Part shown: piece after piece, positions 13,940-27,500 of the stretch
How the letters are laid out: the number at the start of each line of letters is the position of its first letter
Numbering within the stretch: position 1 is the stretch's first letter
Assembly (NCBI GenBank): GCA_013239625.1
Contig: MU053557.1
Location: forward strand, 5,963,842-6,027,841
Length of the DNA: 64,000 nucleotides
Direction of reading: 5' to 3'
DNA from: Lama guanicoe
Taxonomy: Eukaryota
Program-made: the position numbers and the translations under genes
Notes under the pieces: model-generated
Told to the model about the DNA's origin: nothing
The model's database searches: none
What the model saw: the letters and a program-made list of their open reading frames with translations, nothing else

Positions 13940-15668
13940 ATTTTTTTTTTAGGCATGATTTTTATTTTTTATTTTATTTTTTTAACTAAAATGATGGTTT
14001 TTAATGGGAACCAGAGGTATGGTTACAATTATATAGTCTGACACAAAAAACCCGTGGGTGATCAGGAGTTGGAAGGCTACAAAATAATGAGGGTAACACT
14101 GGGTACAGGAAAAAAAGCTGCTCCAGAACGTCAGAAGCCAGGCTAATATGGCCTCTCCCTGCGATCCTGTCCGTGCCCACCCCCGGAGTCCTTCTTGCCA
14201 GGGCCAAAGCCGCCTCTGTCCCCACCACCCCAGCCCCCTCGGAAGCCTCCACGGTCCCCTCCTCGGCCTCGGTAGCCGCCCCAATCATAGCCTCCTCTGC
14301 CACCACGATGATCATCTCCATAGCTACCCCCTATGTGGGAGCCTCCTGGTCCCCATCCTGGGCCATCTGGTGTAGGGGCCTTACACTGGTTGCATTCATT
14401 CCTCCAAGAAAAGTTCATGTTCTCACATGCAGGATTAGGACACTTCCAGTCCCCAGCTTGCTGCTGTCCTCCACCGCCGCCACTACCACTGGGGAATCCT
14501 TGGCCGCCGCCACCACTGCCACCACTTCCATAGCCTCCACGGCCCATGGGTTCTCCTCGCCCTCAGCCTCCACTACCATTGCCACCACCCCGATTAAAGT
14601 CTGCTAGTTGAGTAGCAAATGAAACCTTAATGGGATTCCCAGAGAATTACCATCAAACCAGTCAACAGCTGCTTTAGCAGAAGGTGGGTCATCAAAAGAT
14701 ACCGTTGCCTCGCCCTTCAGCTTGCCTGTTTCCCTGTCTGTGTGCAGATTAATCATGGGCTGTCCCGTTTTCTTATTTGTCTTAATGATACCAATCTGCT
14801 TGAAGTAGTCAGCCACAGACTCAACTGTAACATTCTCCCCCAGGCCTTGTTGTTGTCTAAATTATCCAGTTCAGAGTCGTGACGTGATCCTTGGTCCCGA
14901 GGACCACCAAATTTATTGAAGCCACCACGGTCACTTCCGGCCATGCCGCCTCTGCCTCCATGACCACCTCCACGACCTCTGGGTTCATAGCCACCAGTGC
15001 TGCGATTGTAACTGTCACCGCTGCTGCCCTGGCCGCAGCCCTCACGGTCCTGCTGGCCTCCCCCATAGCCACCACCGCCACCACTCTGGGCCTGACTGCC
15101 ATAGCCACCACCACCACCACACATGGAGGACTGGTCTTGGCCGTAGCCACCTCCACCATCCCCTCCACCACCCCCGCTGCTGTTGTACTGGTTCTGCTGT
15201 CCATAGCCCTGAGGGGGGTTATGCTGCTTGCTGTCCACCATAGCCAAGCTGCTGGCTGTAGCCCCCACTCTGGGGCTGGCCATAGCCGCTGCTCTGAGAA
15301 CCGCCACCGTAGCTTCCCGAGGTGCTACTAGGGGCTGGCTGCTGGCCATAGCCAGGGTATGAGGACTGCTGCCTGTAAGACAACTGAGAACTTTGGCTGC
15401 TGCCATAGCCACTAGCTGAGCCATACCCCTGGGGAGCTGACTGTGTGCCACAGCCTGGGTTCTGCATCTGTCCATGAGAACCACCATAGCTGCTTTGGCC
15501 ATCGCTTGAAGTGCCCGGTGACTGGCCATAACCACTGTAACTCTGCTGTCCGTAGGGCTGATTGCTCTGCTGGGAACAGCCCTGCCCAGGCTGGGTAGGG
15601 CAGGCCCCATAGCTCTGGGCTGCTTGTTGGCTATAGCCGTTTGAGGCCATATCTGCACACGCGTACAC
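13940..15668 (-). pseudogene. FUS: Processed FUS pseudogene (near full-length retrocopy)
   Basis: Intronless. ATG at 15650 ([10 protein letters not shown]...), SYGQ region, RGG, RRM ([23 protein letters not shown]...), RanBP2 zinc finger ([27 protein letters not shown]) and PY-NLS (RRERPY, stop 14143-14145) are split over several frames. Short 3' UTR with ATTAAA and a poly(A) remnant at 13940-13983. Confidence 0.95.
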
Positions 15669-15669
15669 T

Positions 15670-15985
15670 GGAGAAGTAAGATTAAACATGAGGAGGAATA
15701 CAGCTGGGTATACGGAAACACTTCAGTAGCTGTGTAGAGGTGGGGAGCAGACATCTTTTATGTGGCTCCAATGGGCAGAGCTGGCTAGGGTTATGGGAGT
15801 ATCTCTAAGGAACTTTTAAGCACAGAGCCCTCTAACATGAACGGGCAGCTTCTGTAGGAGCTGTGCTATTAGGCTGAGGTTAACCACGGTATGTGATGTT
15901 ATGAAAAGGATTCCTGAAAGTCAGGCATGCAAAAGACGTGAGGAGTCAGAACCAGCTAAGTTTCTTGTTCCCTTTCAATTTGGGG
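15670..15985 (+). mobile_element. L3/CR1 3'-end remnant
   Basis: ctggagaag...aggattcctg...gttccctttcaa resembles the L3 3' end. Confidence 0.45.
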
Positions 15986-16194
15986 TTTTTGGTTCCAGGA
16001 CTCTTAATAATACAAACCTTAGTTTGCTAAGAACATTATGTATTTCCAGAGTGCTAACTTGAATTGATGGTAAACTGCTCAATTTGAAAAAGAGCCACAC
16101 TGACTTCTGGTCAGCATAATTTTCGTTCACTGGTTTTTGACCAGTTGGGAAGAAAACTAACACTCAAAGTGTTCACAAATACATATATTTCCCC

Positions 16195-16450
16195 TACTGA
16201 CAACAGAAATTCACAGTTCTAGAGTCTGGAAGTCTGAAATCAAGGTGTTGCCAGGGCCATGTTCTCTCTGAAGGCTCTGGAGCAGAATCCTTGTCTCTTT
16301 TTAGATTCAGGTGGCTCCTGACCATCTTTGATGCTCCTTGACTTGCAGACATCCTCCAATCTCTGCCTCCACCTTCACATTGCCACCTTCGGTGTCTCGG
16401 TGTGTCCTTTCTTCTAATAAAACCACCAGTCAATGGATTTAGGGCTCACC
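16195..16450 (-). mobile_element. MLT1 LTR fragment
   Basis: tcacagttctagagtctggaagtctgaaatcaaggtgttgccagggcc is typical antisense MLT1. Confidence 0.7.
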
Positions 16451-16454
16451 ACCA

Positions 16455-17445
16455 TAATTCTCTGTCTGGATTCTGTCTTTGAGATTTATCCATGTTATTT
16501 CATGTGTCAGTGGTTCATTTTTTATGTTGCTGAGAAATATTACACTGGAGGAACATGCTATAATCTGTTCAGTCATTTTACTGTTTATGGACATTTATGT
16601 TGGTTCCCCTTTTGGAGCTATTATGAACAGGGCTGCTAACATTCTTGCTGGAATCTTTTTGTGAACATGCTTTAATTTTTCTTGGATAAATGCCTGAGTG
16701 GAACTGTTTGATCACAGGATAAGATGTAAATTTAATTATATAACCAACTGCCAGACAGATCTTCAATGTGGCTGTATGTCTTATATTCCCACCAGCAACG
16801 TATGAATGTTCCAGTTGAGTTACATCCTTGTCAACATTTGATGTAGTCAGTCTTTATTTTCGTCATTGTTTTTATAAATTCTGTGAAATGCTATATCATT
16901 GTGGGTTTAATTTGCATTTCTCTGGTAAAGATATTTAGCACCTTTTCATGAGTTAATTGGCAAACTACTGTTGTTTTTTTTTCTGAAGTATATGTTCAAG
17001 TCTTCTGCCTATTTTTAAAAATTGGGCTTTTTGTTGATTGGTAGGTATTCTTTGTATAGACTCGTGTGAGTTCTTTGTTAGATACGTGTTTTGCAAATGT
17101 TTTCTCTCAGCCTTGTCTTGTAATTTTAAAATGCTGTCTTGATTAGTGGACATTCCTAATTTTGATAAAGCCTAACTGAACAGCAATTTTCCTTTTATGG
17201 GTCCTGCTTTTTGCGTTCTGTCTGAGAAATCTCTCTCCATCTGCTATGTTTTCTTTTAGAAGGTTTAGGGTGATGGTTTTCCACTGAGGTCTGTGATCCA
17301 TCTCAAATTATATCTTGAAGTTGTATAAATCTTCCAACTTCTTTAAAATTATTTTGGCTTTTCTGCATTTTTTGCATTTTTATATAAAATCAGGAATCAA
17401 TACCTTAAAAACCCCAGCCAGAATTTTGACTGGGATTACACTCAA
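16455..17445 (-). mobile_element. Old L1 (L1M) 3' ORF2/UTR fragment
   Basis: Antisense L1 motifs: attcccaccagcaacgtatgaatgttccagt, gtttaatttgcatttc. Confidence 0.75.
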
Positions 17446-19004
17446 CCCTGCTCTTCTCCCTGGGTCCTCTCACGGAGTGTGGGATGCACAAGTCCCTCTG
17501 CTGCCAGCAACTGAATGCTGGATTCTGCAGAGATGGGGACCTAGAGACAGGGGGCTTTTCCCCTTTTGTGTCAGTTGAGAACAGTTTCACCAAATGAAAG
17601 CTGTTTAAGCAACATCCGTGCCAGGCCTGTAGTGTTTATAAGTGAATGTCTCTGGCATTTTTTTAAAAGGGCTGGTTTTCTTCACTGTGCTTGGAGAAAA
17701 CCCAGAAGAAACATGTGACCCCATCCTATTATCTCTAAGGGTCCTTAGACTTCGGTGTATCAAATTGAGACCCCAGACTGAAGATATAAATCATTCCATG
17801 CCCCTCCTGGTCTTTCCCCGGGGCTCTCTCGCTGCAGCTTACCACTCTTCCAGGAGGACGCCTGCTAGTCCCTGAGCCCAGCACTGGAAGGTGCTTAAGG
17901 GCCATCCCTGTCATTAAGTGTGTTTGGCAGCAGTAGCTGCTGCAGGTTTTCTGTCCTATGCATCAAAGTCCAAGCCTCCCCTTATTCTTCCTTGGAGATG
18001 GGAGGACTCGCTTCACTTTTTGTATTTTTTGCTGGATGTGTCCAGAGACTTAGGTCCAGAAGGGCTGGCTGGAGAGTGGCTGGTGGCTGAATTATCTCCC
18101 TGAGTCTGTAAGCTCAGCTCAGTACCTGCATTCCTTCACTTTCAGGAGCCTGGGAACAGCTCTCAGCAGAGGGTCAATGCTATCCTTGTCTAGGTCCAGA
18201 ATAAGCTCAGTGACTCCTGTATGATTACCTGGGGAAAACAGTCTGTTTCATAAAGTCCCCGAATGTGCTGAATTTTGGATACTGAATTTTCTGGGGAGGG
18301 TACACTTAACACAAAGGATCCTGGGCCAGCCCCTGCATCAAGCAGCCACGGTGACCATCGAGGAGTTGAATTATTTCAGCCAGGCCTGTGAGCCAGGCCT
18401 GTCATTTCATGTAAGGACATAAAGTTACTTTTCTAATTCTGTGGACTTTTGTGAAATTAAAGTTTCATTACTGTGGATAATAACATAACACAAAGATCTT
18501 AACTGCAGTATATTCACTAGACCTGATCAGATGGTGAATGTCCAGCTACTGATGGGAAGGTCGGGGGGCAGGAGCTCTCAGTCATGCTGACAGATTTGGC
18601 TCTTAAAATACAAGTCAATTCACCTATAACCGGACTCCTGGAAAACAGTAGCCTCCGAGAGGAATCACCACAGTGTTCAGGTCAGAGAGAGGCTGGGATG
18701 AAGCCATGTGTCAATCTCGCTCTGAGCAGGGAAGAGTGCAATAATTTAAATTGGTGGAGGCAAGAGACCAGCCCCCAAATATGAGTGGTTGGGGGGAGGT
18801 GGAGGACTCGGAGGTGGACCTGGGCGCAAAGGGGAGAGGGATCATCTCGTACCTGTAGATACTTCTGAGCCTCCCATATGTCAGTATGTCTGTAAGTGTC
18901 CCACTATGTTATCCTCTCCACTTCTTCTAGCAGTTTTTCTTTAATTTTATATCTCTAATTCTCATTTTCATTTAACTCCTGAAGTTTTGGATCTGCTACG
19001 TTTT

Positions 19005-19290
19005 TTTCAACTCATGTTCATTGATAAGCAGTGTGATGTAGTGGCTGAGAACACGGACCCATGAACTAGACCACCTGCTTTCATCCACGGGTTACTCCGG
19101 CTATTAGCTGTGATCCTCGGGCAACTTACTTAACCTCTCTGAGCCTCAGTTTCATCATCTGTAAAATAAAAATGATGCTATTAGTAGTACAAGACTCTCT
19201 AGGTTGTATGTGAATATTCAGTGAGATATATACATAAAGGGATTTAGAGGAATGATAGTAGTTTCTATGTAAGTGTTTGTGATTTACTAT
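19005..19290 (+). mobile_element. MIR SINE
   Basis: Core gggcaacttacttaacctctctgagcctcagtttcatcatctgtaaaat. Confidence 0.75.
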
Positions 19291-19699
19291 TACATACACT
19301 ACTTGTCATTTTGTTGGAACTCAAACAGTTCTGGCCGCATTATTACTTTTTCGGATATTGCAAACAAAGAATACCTTTCTGTTTGTGAATCACCTTTATG
19401 CAAAGGAAGTACCCCAGGATAGCAATTTTGGTGGCAGTGTTAAAAGAGTAGTAGCGGGAAGTAAGAGAAAGACGGAAGACACTGAATTTATTTTGATCTT
19501 AAAACACTAAGGAAAAACATGAGCGAACAGAGTGCAGGGTGGCGGGCCCATGACTATATGACTGCTGTGCTCCCTTGCTCTCTCCATCTCCCTCCCACTT
19601 CCTCTCCTCTGACTCTATTTCTCTCTCCTCTCTGTTATCTTCTACTTTATCTACATTTCCCCATCTTAATAAACTCCTGGAATTTCTAAATAAATAAGC

Positions 19700-21230
19700 T
19701 CATTCATTTACTGAGTGCTAACCAAGTGTTAAGAATCAAGCAAAGTGCTCAAAACATAATTACAAACAGGACTAGGCTTTGTGCTCCTCTCCCCCTCCCC
19801 ACTCATGAAAAGAACCTAAAGAGGGTAGACAGACACGCAGATCAACAGTGGAGATGCAGAGGTATGCCTGGCACTTTATGAAATAGGTATGTGCAAGGAC
19901 CTGCAGGGGAACAGAGGGCAAGTCTTTGCATGCAAGGGACCACATGTGGGAAAGCTGTCCACAAAAAAAAAAAAAGGCTCTTGAGTTTTTAAAATTGAGT
20001 AGTAATTAACTAGATGGAGACAATTTGGGAAGGGCATTCTAGGCAGAAGAAACAGCAAGTTTGAAGGCACATATGTATCCAACATCATGGCATGTTTCTA
20101 CATAAAGTTACTGGTGCTTTTTGGCTAAAGATCAAAGAAAGCCTGTGAAATTGTGCAAGCAGTGACAGAGTTAGGAAGCATCAATACTATGAAGTGTTTT
20201 ATGTTCTAAGTCACAGAGTTATGGTTTAAATCTTTAAGTCGGAGACCAATTATTCATTGACACATAAGCTTAGTGAAATCTGGGCAGCTGCTAATCAGTC
20301 CAGTCAAATGCTGCCATGTAGGATGTAGGCTCAGTGTTGCCAGGCCACCCAGATTGTCAGGAGACACTCAGATCCAGAAAGTAAGTAAAATATAATTCTA
20401 AAATGTTGGTAACTAAAGTAATGTGTTAATTATCAAGAGATCCAAACCAAATTTCATCTCTGTTAGGTAGTAGGAGCCACGGAAAAGCTTAAGCTTTTAG
20501 AAGATTACCTGGGGTGCAGTGTGGGAAGTATATGTATTCCATGGCCAGGGTGGCAGCAGGTTGGTCAGTGAGGAGAGCACGCTGTAATCCTGGAAGGAGG
20601 TCAGTGGCAGCGGGAATGGGAAGATGGAGACACTGTATAATGATGATTGAAGATCATTTGTTGACTTATCACCTTCGACTTGAGAGAGAGCATAGAATAA
20701 TTTTCAAGGTTCTGGATTATTCAGTTAGATGGGTAAAGGTATATAGTACACTGAGTTTGGTGGAAAATGAGTTCAGTTGTGGAAAATTTGAATCTCTGGT
20801 GGCTTTCATTAGTCTGATTGGAGATGTCCAGTACAGAAGTATGTCTGGATCTTATCAAAGAGATCTAGACTAAGAATATAGTTTCTGACTTAGTAACATG
20901 TTATTTAAAGCTTTTCATTTAAAAAATTTCACTAGAGGCTACCTATTCTACTTAAGTATTTGTTCCATGAAGAAAGAGAGCCTCGGGTGGAGCTACATAA
21001 AACCTGACTTTCGGGGAGCATGTGGAGTATCAGAAGCATTACATAAAACTAAATGATAGATGAAAATCAAGTGAAGCTGACACACAAAATCCAATGATGG
21101 ACTGACATTTAACAGAGTAAAGTGTCGAATAGCTAATAAAGATGAAGCAACATACAAAGAAAACACCCACTAGTTCTGGCACTACTCAGGTAATTGGTGA
21201 ACTTAGAAAGAATATTTATAAATATTACCA
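19700..21230. mobile_element. L2 fragments
   Basis: cattcatttactgagtgcta tail and gggcattctaggcagaagaaacagcaag motifs. Confidence 0.55.
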
Positions 21231-21259
21231 TTAGGAATGTAAAAGGACTTTAAGAGATG

Positions 21260-23605
21260 TGGAATTCTCTAAATCCATAGAGTAATGTGGAAATTGGACT
21301 TCAAGGAGATGGGAAATGATCCTAGAAGAATGTATAATCTGTGAAAACAATAAATTGGTAAATATGTAGAAACAACTAACAGAAAGTTTTTTATATAATA
21401 GTGGTAGTAACATCTAAAAACAAGGGACCAGGACAATCTACAGAATGGAAAGGGAAGGGAGGAATGTCAAATAATTGTTTAAAATTAGATAACTTAAGAA
21501 TGCATGCTAAGAATTCAAGGGTAGCCAGACAAAGATTAGGGTGCATAATTTTCAAATCAGAAAGAGAGAGAAGTTGAAGAAAATAAACTCATGCAATTAA
21601 AAAAGAAGGGGAAATATTTAAAATGGTACTAATAGCAATTAAAAAGTAAAATGGTTAAATGGTAAAACATTAAATATAAAAAAATACTAAAAGGCTAGTG
21701 TATTAAACTTACAATTAATAAGACATTAATGGTCAGATTAGATTTTTAAAAACTTGAACTTCATGCTATTTATAATAGCCATGCCCAAAACATATGAACA
21801 TAGAAAGCTTGAAAATAGAAGGATGGAAAAATATGTATCAGTCAAAGACTAACCAAAACCAAATAGCTGGTGTGACTATTTTATATTACAAAAAATATTT
21901 TAAGATGAAACACATCATTAGGCATGGGGGGTAAGTACATAATGACAAAAAATTCTTCTAGAAGATACATCACTTCTAAACCTATATGTATCTAATAATA
22001 AAATAGCTTTAAAGTTGCTAATGCACAAAGTAATAAAATCACTGAGACAAACTAAGAAACCCACCATCGGGATGGAATATTTAAACATACCTTCCAAGTC
22101 AAGAAGATTGGAAACACACAAGTAACCGAATCTAATGTAGATATGCAGGCGTCTGCATCTGGCAGTTAAAGAACACATAGTCTTCTCAAGGCTATAAAAC
22201 ACGTTTACAAAAATTGATTCTGTACAAACTGGGTCATAAACTCATCACAAATTTCAAAGAAAAGGCATCATTACAGATCATATTTATTGACCACAAAAAG
22301 ATGAGTTTAATCCCTAATATATCTGCAAATTAAAGGCACATTTATAAATAACCCATGAGTAGTCAAAGAAGAAATCATACTAAATAAAACATCAATAAAT
22401 TAATGACTGTGACTAACTCATGGATCAAAAAAAATTTTGGTTTTGTACCTTAATTTATACTTATGAGTTATTATATTAGGAATGGAGAATGCAGAGTAAC
22501 AGTGAGTCCAAACAAAGAAGGTAAGAAACATACAACAAAATTATTCCAGCAAAAGTAATGGGAAGGCACTAAGAGTAGATTAAGAAAACAAAGGAAATCA
22601 ACAAAAATGATTAAGGAAACACAAGTAAAATGGATAGAATCTAGGAATCCAAAAGATGGTTCTTGGACAAGAGAATTTTAAAAAACACATAACTACCAAT
22701 CCAGTATAGATTAAAACATACTAAGACACAACCATCAAAAAATTTATATTGATAATTCAACAGCTGAGATGAAATGAATGTTTCTGAGAAACTATAACTT
22801 ATTAAAATATATCAAGAATAAATTTAAAAACCTAAATAAATGGAAATAATCCTATGACAATTAGTGAAATTGCAAAAATAGTTACTAACTTCTCTTATAG
22901 GAGACACAAGTACAGCAAGTTATTTAAGCAATTCTCCAAATTTCAAAGAAGAGTTAATTCCAATCCTTTACAAAATTTCTGAATATAGAAAAGGAGGGAA
23001 CGATATCCCAATTCATTCCATGAGGCTAGTTTAACTTGACAGCAAAGTCAGATGAAGACAGGATAAGAAAGGCACACTGGATTGTCTTTTCACCCACGAA
23101 TGTAGATACAAGAATCAAAACAAAATACTGGCACGATAAACCCAGCAGTCATTAGATGTTTTTTTCATTATGACAAACAGACGAACATAAATATAACTGA
23201 AGTCTCACTGGGAGAAGAAAGTAGAGAACAAAGCAGAAGAAATATTTGTAAAGATAATGACCACGAATTTTCCAAAAGCAATGAAAACTATCAAGGCAAA
23301 GGTCGATGTTTAGAAAACCCCAGGCAGAATAAACACTGAGCAGCACAGGTAACAAAACCCCCAAATAACCAACCAAATAAACAACAACTCCACCCACAAA
23401 TCTAAACTCATTTTTTTTTGAACTGCTGACAATCAATGGTAAAGAGAAAGTCCTGAAGACACTCAGAAAAACAGACATTACGTTAGAGGAATAAAGACAG
23501 AAACACATGTTAGAAATGACAAGCGGGAAGACAATGGTATAAGATCTTTAAAGTTCTCAAAACTGTCTGCCTAGAATTCTCTTCACAATAAAAATGTCTT
23601 TCAAA
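21260..23605 (+). mobile_element. Old L1 fragments (ORF2 then ORF1-like), heavily decayed
   Basis: A-rich L1 motifs (aaaatagaaggatggaaaaat, caattcattccatgaggctag, ctagaattct). No long ORFs. Confidence 0.7.
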
Positions 23606-24171
23606 GTCAAGTGTCAGGGGCTCAGCTGAGCGAGAGAGAGCTGAGCTGCCAGATGCTGGAGGAGCCAATTAAGACAAGACAAAATGAAAAGAGCAGTCAA
23701 GTCTTTAATCACTTACTGTCACAGTACAAGCAAGAGGCTAAACACAAGCAAGCACCGATTTCTCCATTCCATTTAGCCTCACGGAATGGCGCGTCACTTA
23801 CCGATCAAGTGGACTAGCACAGGGGAGGGGGTTGTCTCCCACGGAGGGAGCCCTGATCAGAGAGTTCCTGCAATTTTATGGATCTAGAGGCCAGGGGCAG
23901 GGAGCGTAGGGAGGGTTAGACTTGGAAAACTACTGGGTGCTGAGTCAGTGCGGAGAAGATGGCTTCAAGGTTCAACCTTCTTCCCAACAAAGGGGCTTCA
24001 GCAGAAGTGTCTGAGAAAGGCCTCTGCCAAGAGTCTCCAATAAAGAGGACTCCAGAGGCACCTGGACTAGGGATACAGATAAACTAAAGAGCACGGGCGG
24101 CCTGGCAGCCTGCGTCATTGACTGCATTTCCCTTCCCAGACTGAGGGGCGCTGGCTGTGCGCCAAGCCTGG

Positions 24172-24523
24172 TGTGGGGAAGGCAGCCAGATAAAAAATTA
24201 ACAAACAGAAATCTCAATTAAATAGAGCCGGGAGGCCAGGAGGAGAAGCACTCACGCCCAGCAACACCTGCAAAGCCCAGTAGGAAGGAGACAGCTCTTC
24301 CTTCCTGGCAAGGACTCAGCCAATGGAAAGCCAGACACTCTTTGTTAACTATAGCCTTTCCAACTTCCTCTTCTCCTCTATAAAAGCGTTCTCCTTCTTC
24401 TCCACGTGGGACTTCCATGTGGCTCACCACGGTAGCAGATCCCGAACTGCAATTCTCTGCTGATCCTGAATAACCCATCTTTGCTGGAGAAATATCTGGC
24501 AATCTATTTGTTTCAGGTCAACA
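24172..24523 (+). mobile_element. ERV solo LTR
   Basis: TG...CA termini, CCAAT at 24320, TATAAAA at 24379, AATAA at about 24469. Confidence 0.65.
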
Positions 24524-24589
24524 AAGACTGTGTAACTGTCTATGGCCAGGCCTGAAAAAAAATCACACATAGGTTTTTAGTCAGGGAGA

Positions 24590-27500
24590 GGACTCTTTGC
24601 AAGGTAAAATAAAGACTCTATGAGACAAATAAAAGTTGAGAGACACCATTAGCAGCAAGTATGGTACAAAAATGTTAAGGACATTCTTTAGGAAGAAAGA
24701 ATATTTTAGTAGACAGAATCTATTAAAAAAAAGTGAAGCGTTCTGGAAATAGTGAAAATAAATGTAAATACAAAAGACTATTTTTAAAAAGCTGTTCAAA
24801 AATATAATTAACTGTATGTAGGAAAAATGATAACATGATATGGGGTTTATAACACATATAAAAATACAGTGTCATATTTAGCACAAAGGATGGGAGGGAA
24901 GAATTGGAAGTATGCAGTTTTAAGTTTTTTATATTATATGTGAAGTAAGCCAATTCCTTAAAATATATCTTTGTCTATATATCTCTATCCTATCCTATTG
25001 CATGGGGTGTAAATATTTTATATGTTGACTATGGGTACACAACTATGAATAAAACTGATAGAATTATATGATTAAACATTTCTCTTTTCCTTTTGGTAAA
25101 TTTTATCCCAATAACCCTGATATTTAAAAAAGCGGCCAAAACACTAACCTATGTAATTGACTAAATTACCAGAATAAAGGAAAAATAAATGAAACAAATT
25201 CTCGGTAAAAGAGGACTGGAAGGTAACTTCCTCCATAAGATAGAGTCTATGAAAATCTCACAAATAACAACATAGTCAATGGAGAGATACTGAATGAGTC
25301 CTCCCTAGATCAGGAACAAGATGAGGAGCTATGCCCTCGTCTGCTGTTTTGTTCATCTGTGTCATTTCCGGGTCTGTTTCTATCGATTAATTTATTTCCT
25401 GGATATGGGTAATACAGGGTTTATTTTCCTGTCTCTTTTCACGTCTGGTAACTTGATTGTATGCCAGGTACTGTGAATTTTATTTTTCATGCTGGATTTT
25501 GTTATAACACTTTAAATATTGCTGGGCTTTTTTTCTGGGACTGGATTGCTTTTCAGCTTTTGTAGGATAGTTTCAGAGCATCCTTTAAGTCTGGAGACAA
25601 TTTGGCCCTGCAATTCGCCTAATGAATTAGGAAGTCTTTTCATTCTGTCTTATGGAAACTCACCCCATTGTGTGAGTTTTGGAAGCAGCAGAGCCTAGTC
25701 CTCCTTTCCCCAGCCTTTGGTAGTGTCCTTATGTGCACGTGCAGACCATTACACAGCCAAAAACTTAAGGAGACTGCAGGCCTCTGGAGTTTCTTTCTGT
25801 GCACCTTCCAATTCTACAGTATTTTGTCTCACAAATTTTACCTGCCTCAGCTTCTCTGAAGGCTGAACACTGTTCAGCTCACAAGACCACTGGGTTCTGT
25901 CTGGGTTCCTCTACCTTGTGCCATGGCTTCTCTCCAGGGAGTAATCTGGGGCAATCACAGGGCTCACCTCATTTGATTCCCTTCTTTCAGAGATTGCTGT
26001 CCTGAGCTGCCTACTGCCCAGTGTACTAAAACCATTGTTTCAGATAATGTTTTCCAGTTTTGTAGTTGTTTGAGGTGGAAGGATGCTATAGGCTGAATAT
26101 TTGGTGCCCTCCAAAATTCTTATGTTGAAACTTAATCTCCAGTGTGATGGTATTTCGAGGTTAGGCCTTTGGGAGGTGATTAGGACACAAGGATGGGGAC
26201 CTCATGAATGGGATTAGTGTCCTTATGAAAGAGACCCTAGAGAGCCCCCTCTCCCTTTCTGTCATGTGAAGCTAGTAGAGGATGCTCCTCTATGAACAAG
26301 GAAGTGGGCCCTCACAAGACATGAAACCTTCTAGTGCCTTAATCTTGGACTTCCTAGCCTCCAGAACCATAAGAAATAAACGTCTGCTGTTTTTAAGTCA
26401 CTTAACTTAATGGTATTTTTGTTACAGTAGCCTGAATGGTCTAAGATAGAATCATCCCTTTGGAACAAGACCTCTAGGTCAGCTGTTGATTTTCTTCTTC
26501 TATTACCTTTATTATTTACTTTCCACTCTATGGCCAGAGAATAAGATCTGTATAATTTAAACACTTACTATGACTTGTGTTATGGACTAGAATGTGATCA
26601 TTTTTGGTAAATTTTTCATATGCACTTTAGAAAAATGGGTATTCTGCCATTTTGGGAATTTATACTTTACATGTGACATTTTGGTCAATTTGGTTTTCTT
26701 GTTGTTTAATATTTCTATACTTTTACTGAATTTGTTTCTACATGTTTTACCGGTTGTTGAGAGAGGTGGCTTAATATCTCCAAGTATAATTGCAAATCTG
26801 TCTATGTCTTCCATTGTGAATATGTTGGCTTTATATATTTTGAAGATATTTTATGAACGCATATAAATTTAAGACTGCCAATTAATTGCTTTCCTATGTA
26901 AACAATATACAAGTGATTAGCAAGTGGAATTTGATATTAGAAACACAATACCATTTACATTAGAGTTCAGAAAGATGAAATGCCTGAGTATAAATCTAAC
27001 AAAATGTGTATAAGATCTGTATGAGAAAAACTATAAAACTCTGACGAATAAACTAAAGAAGAACTAAGTAAATGGAGAGATAGTCTGTGTCCATAAAAAG
27101 ACAAGCCACAGACTGGGAGAAATATTTGCAAAAGGCACATCTGATAAAGGACTGTTATTCAAAATATACAAAAAACCCAAAAACTCTTAAAATTCAACAA
27201 TAAGGAAATACACCATCCAACTAAAAAAATAGGCCAAAGACCTGAACAGACACCTCACCAAAAAAAGCTATACAGATGGCAAATAAGTGCATGAAAAGAT
27301 GTTCCACATCATGTGTCATCAGGGAAATGCAAATTAAAACAATGAGATACCACCACACACCTATTAGAATGGCCAAAATCCGTAACACTGACAATAACAA
27401 ATGTTGACAAGCATGTGGAGCAACAGGAACTTTCATTCATCACTGGTGGAAATGCAAAATGGTACAGCCACTCTGGAAGACAATTTGACAGTTTCTTACA

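Noticed and set aside
14148..15331. Plus-strand Thr/Ala/Pro-rich ORFs
   Set aside because: They are antisense shadows of Gly-rich FUS codons.
13928..15685. TSD for the FUS retrocopy (gtagtcaagatt / gaagtaagatt)
   Set aside because: Too degenerate, and the right side also resembles L3 sequence.
14753..15754. 333-aa ORF as a novel protein
   Set aside because: It is a chimera of off-frame and in-frame FUS retrocopy sequence created by a frameshift.
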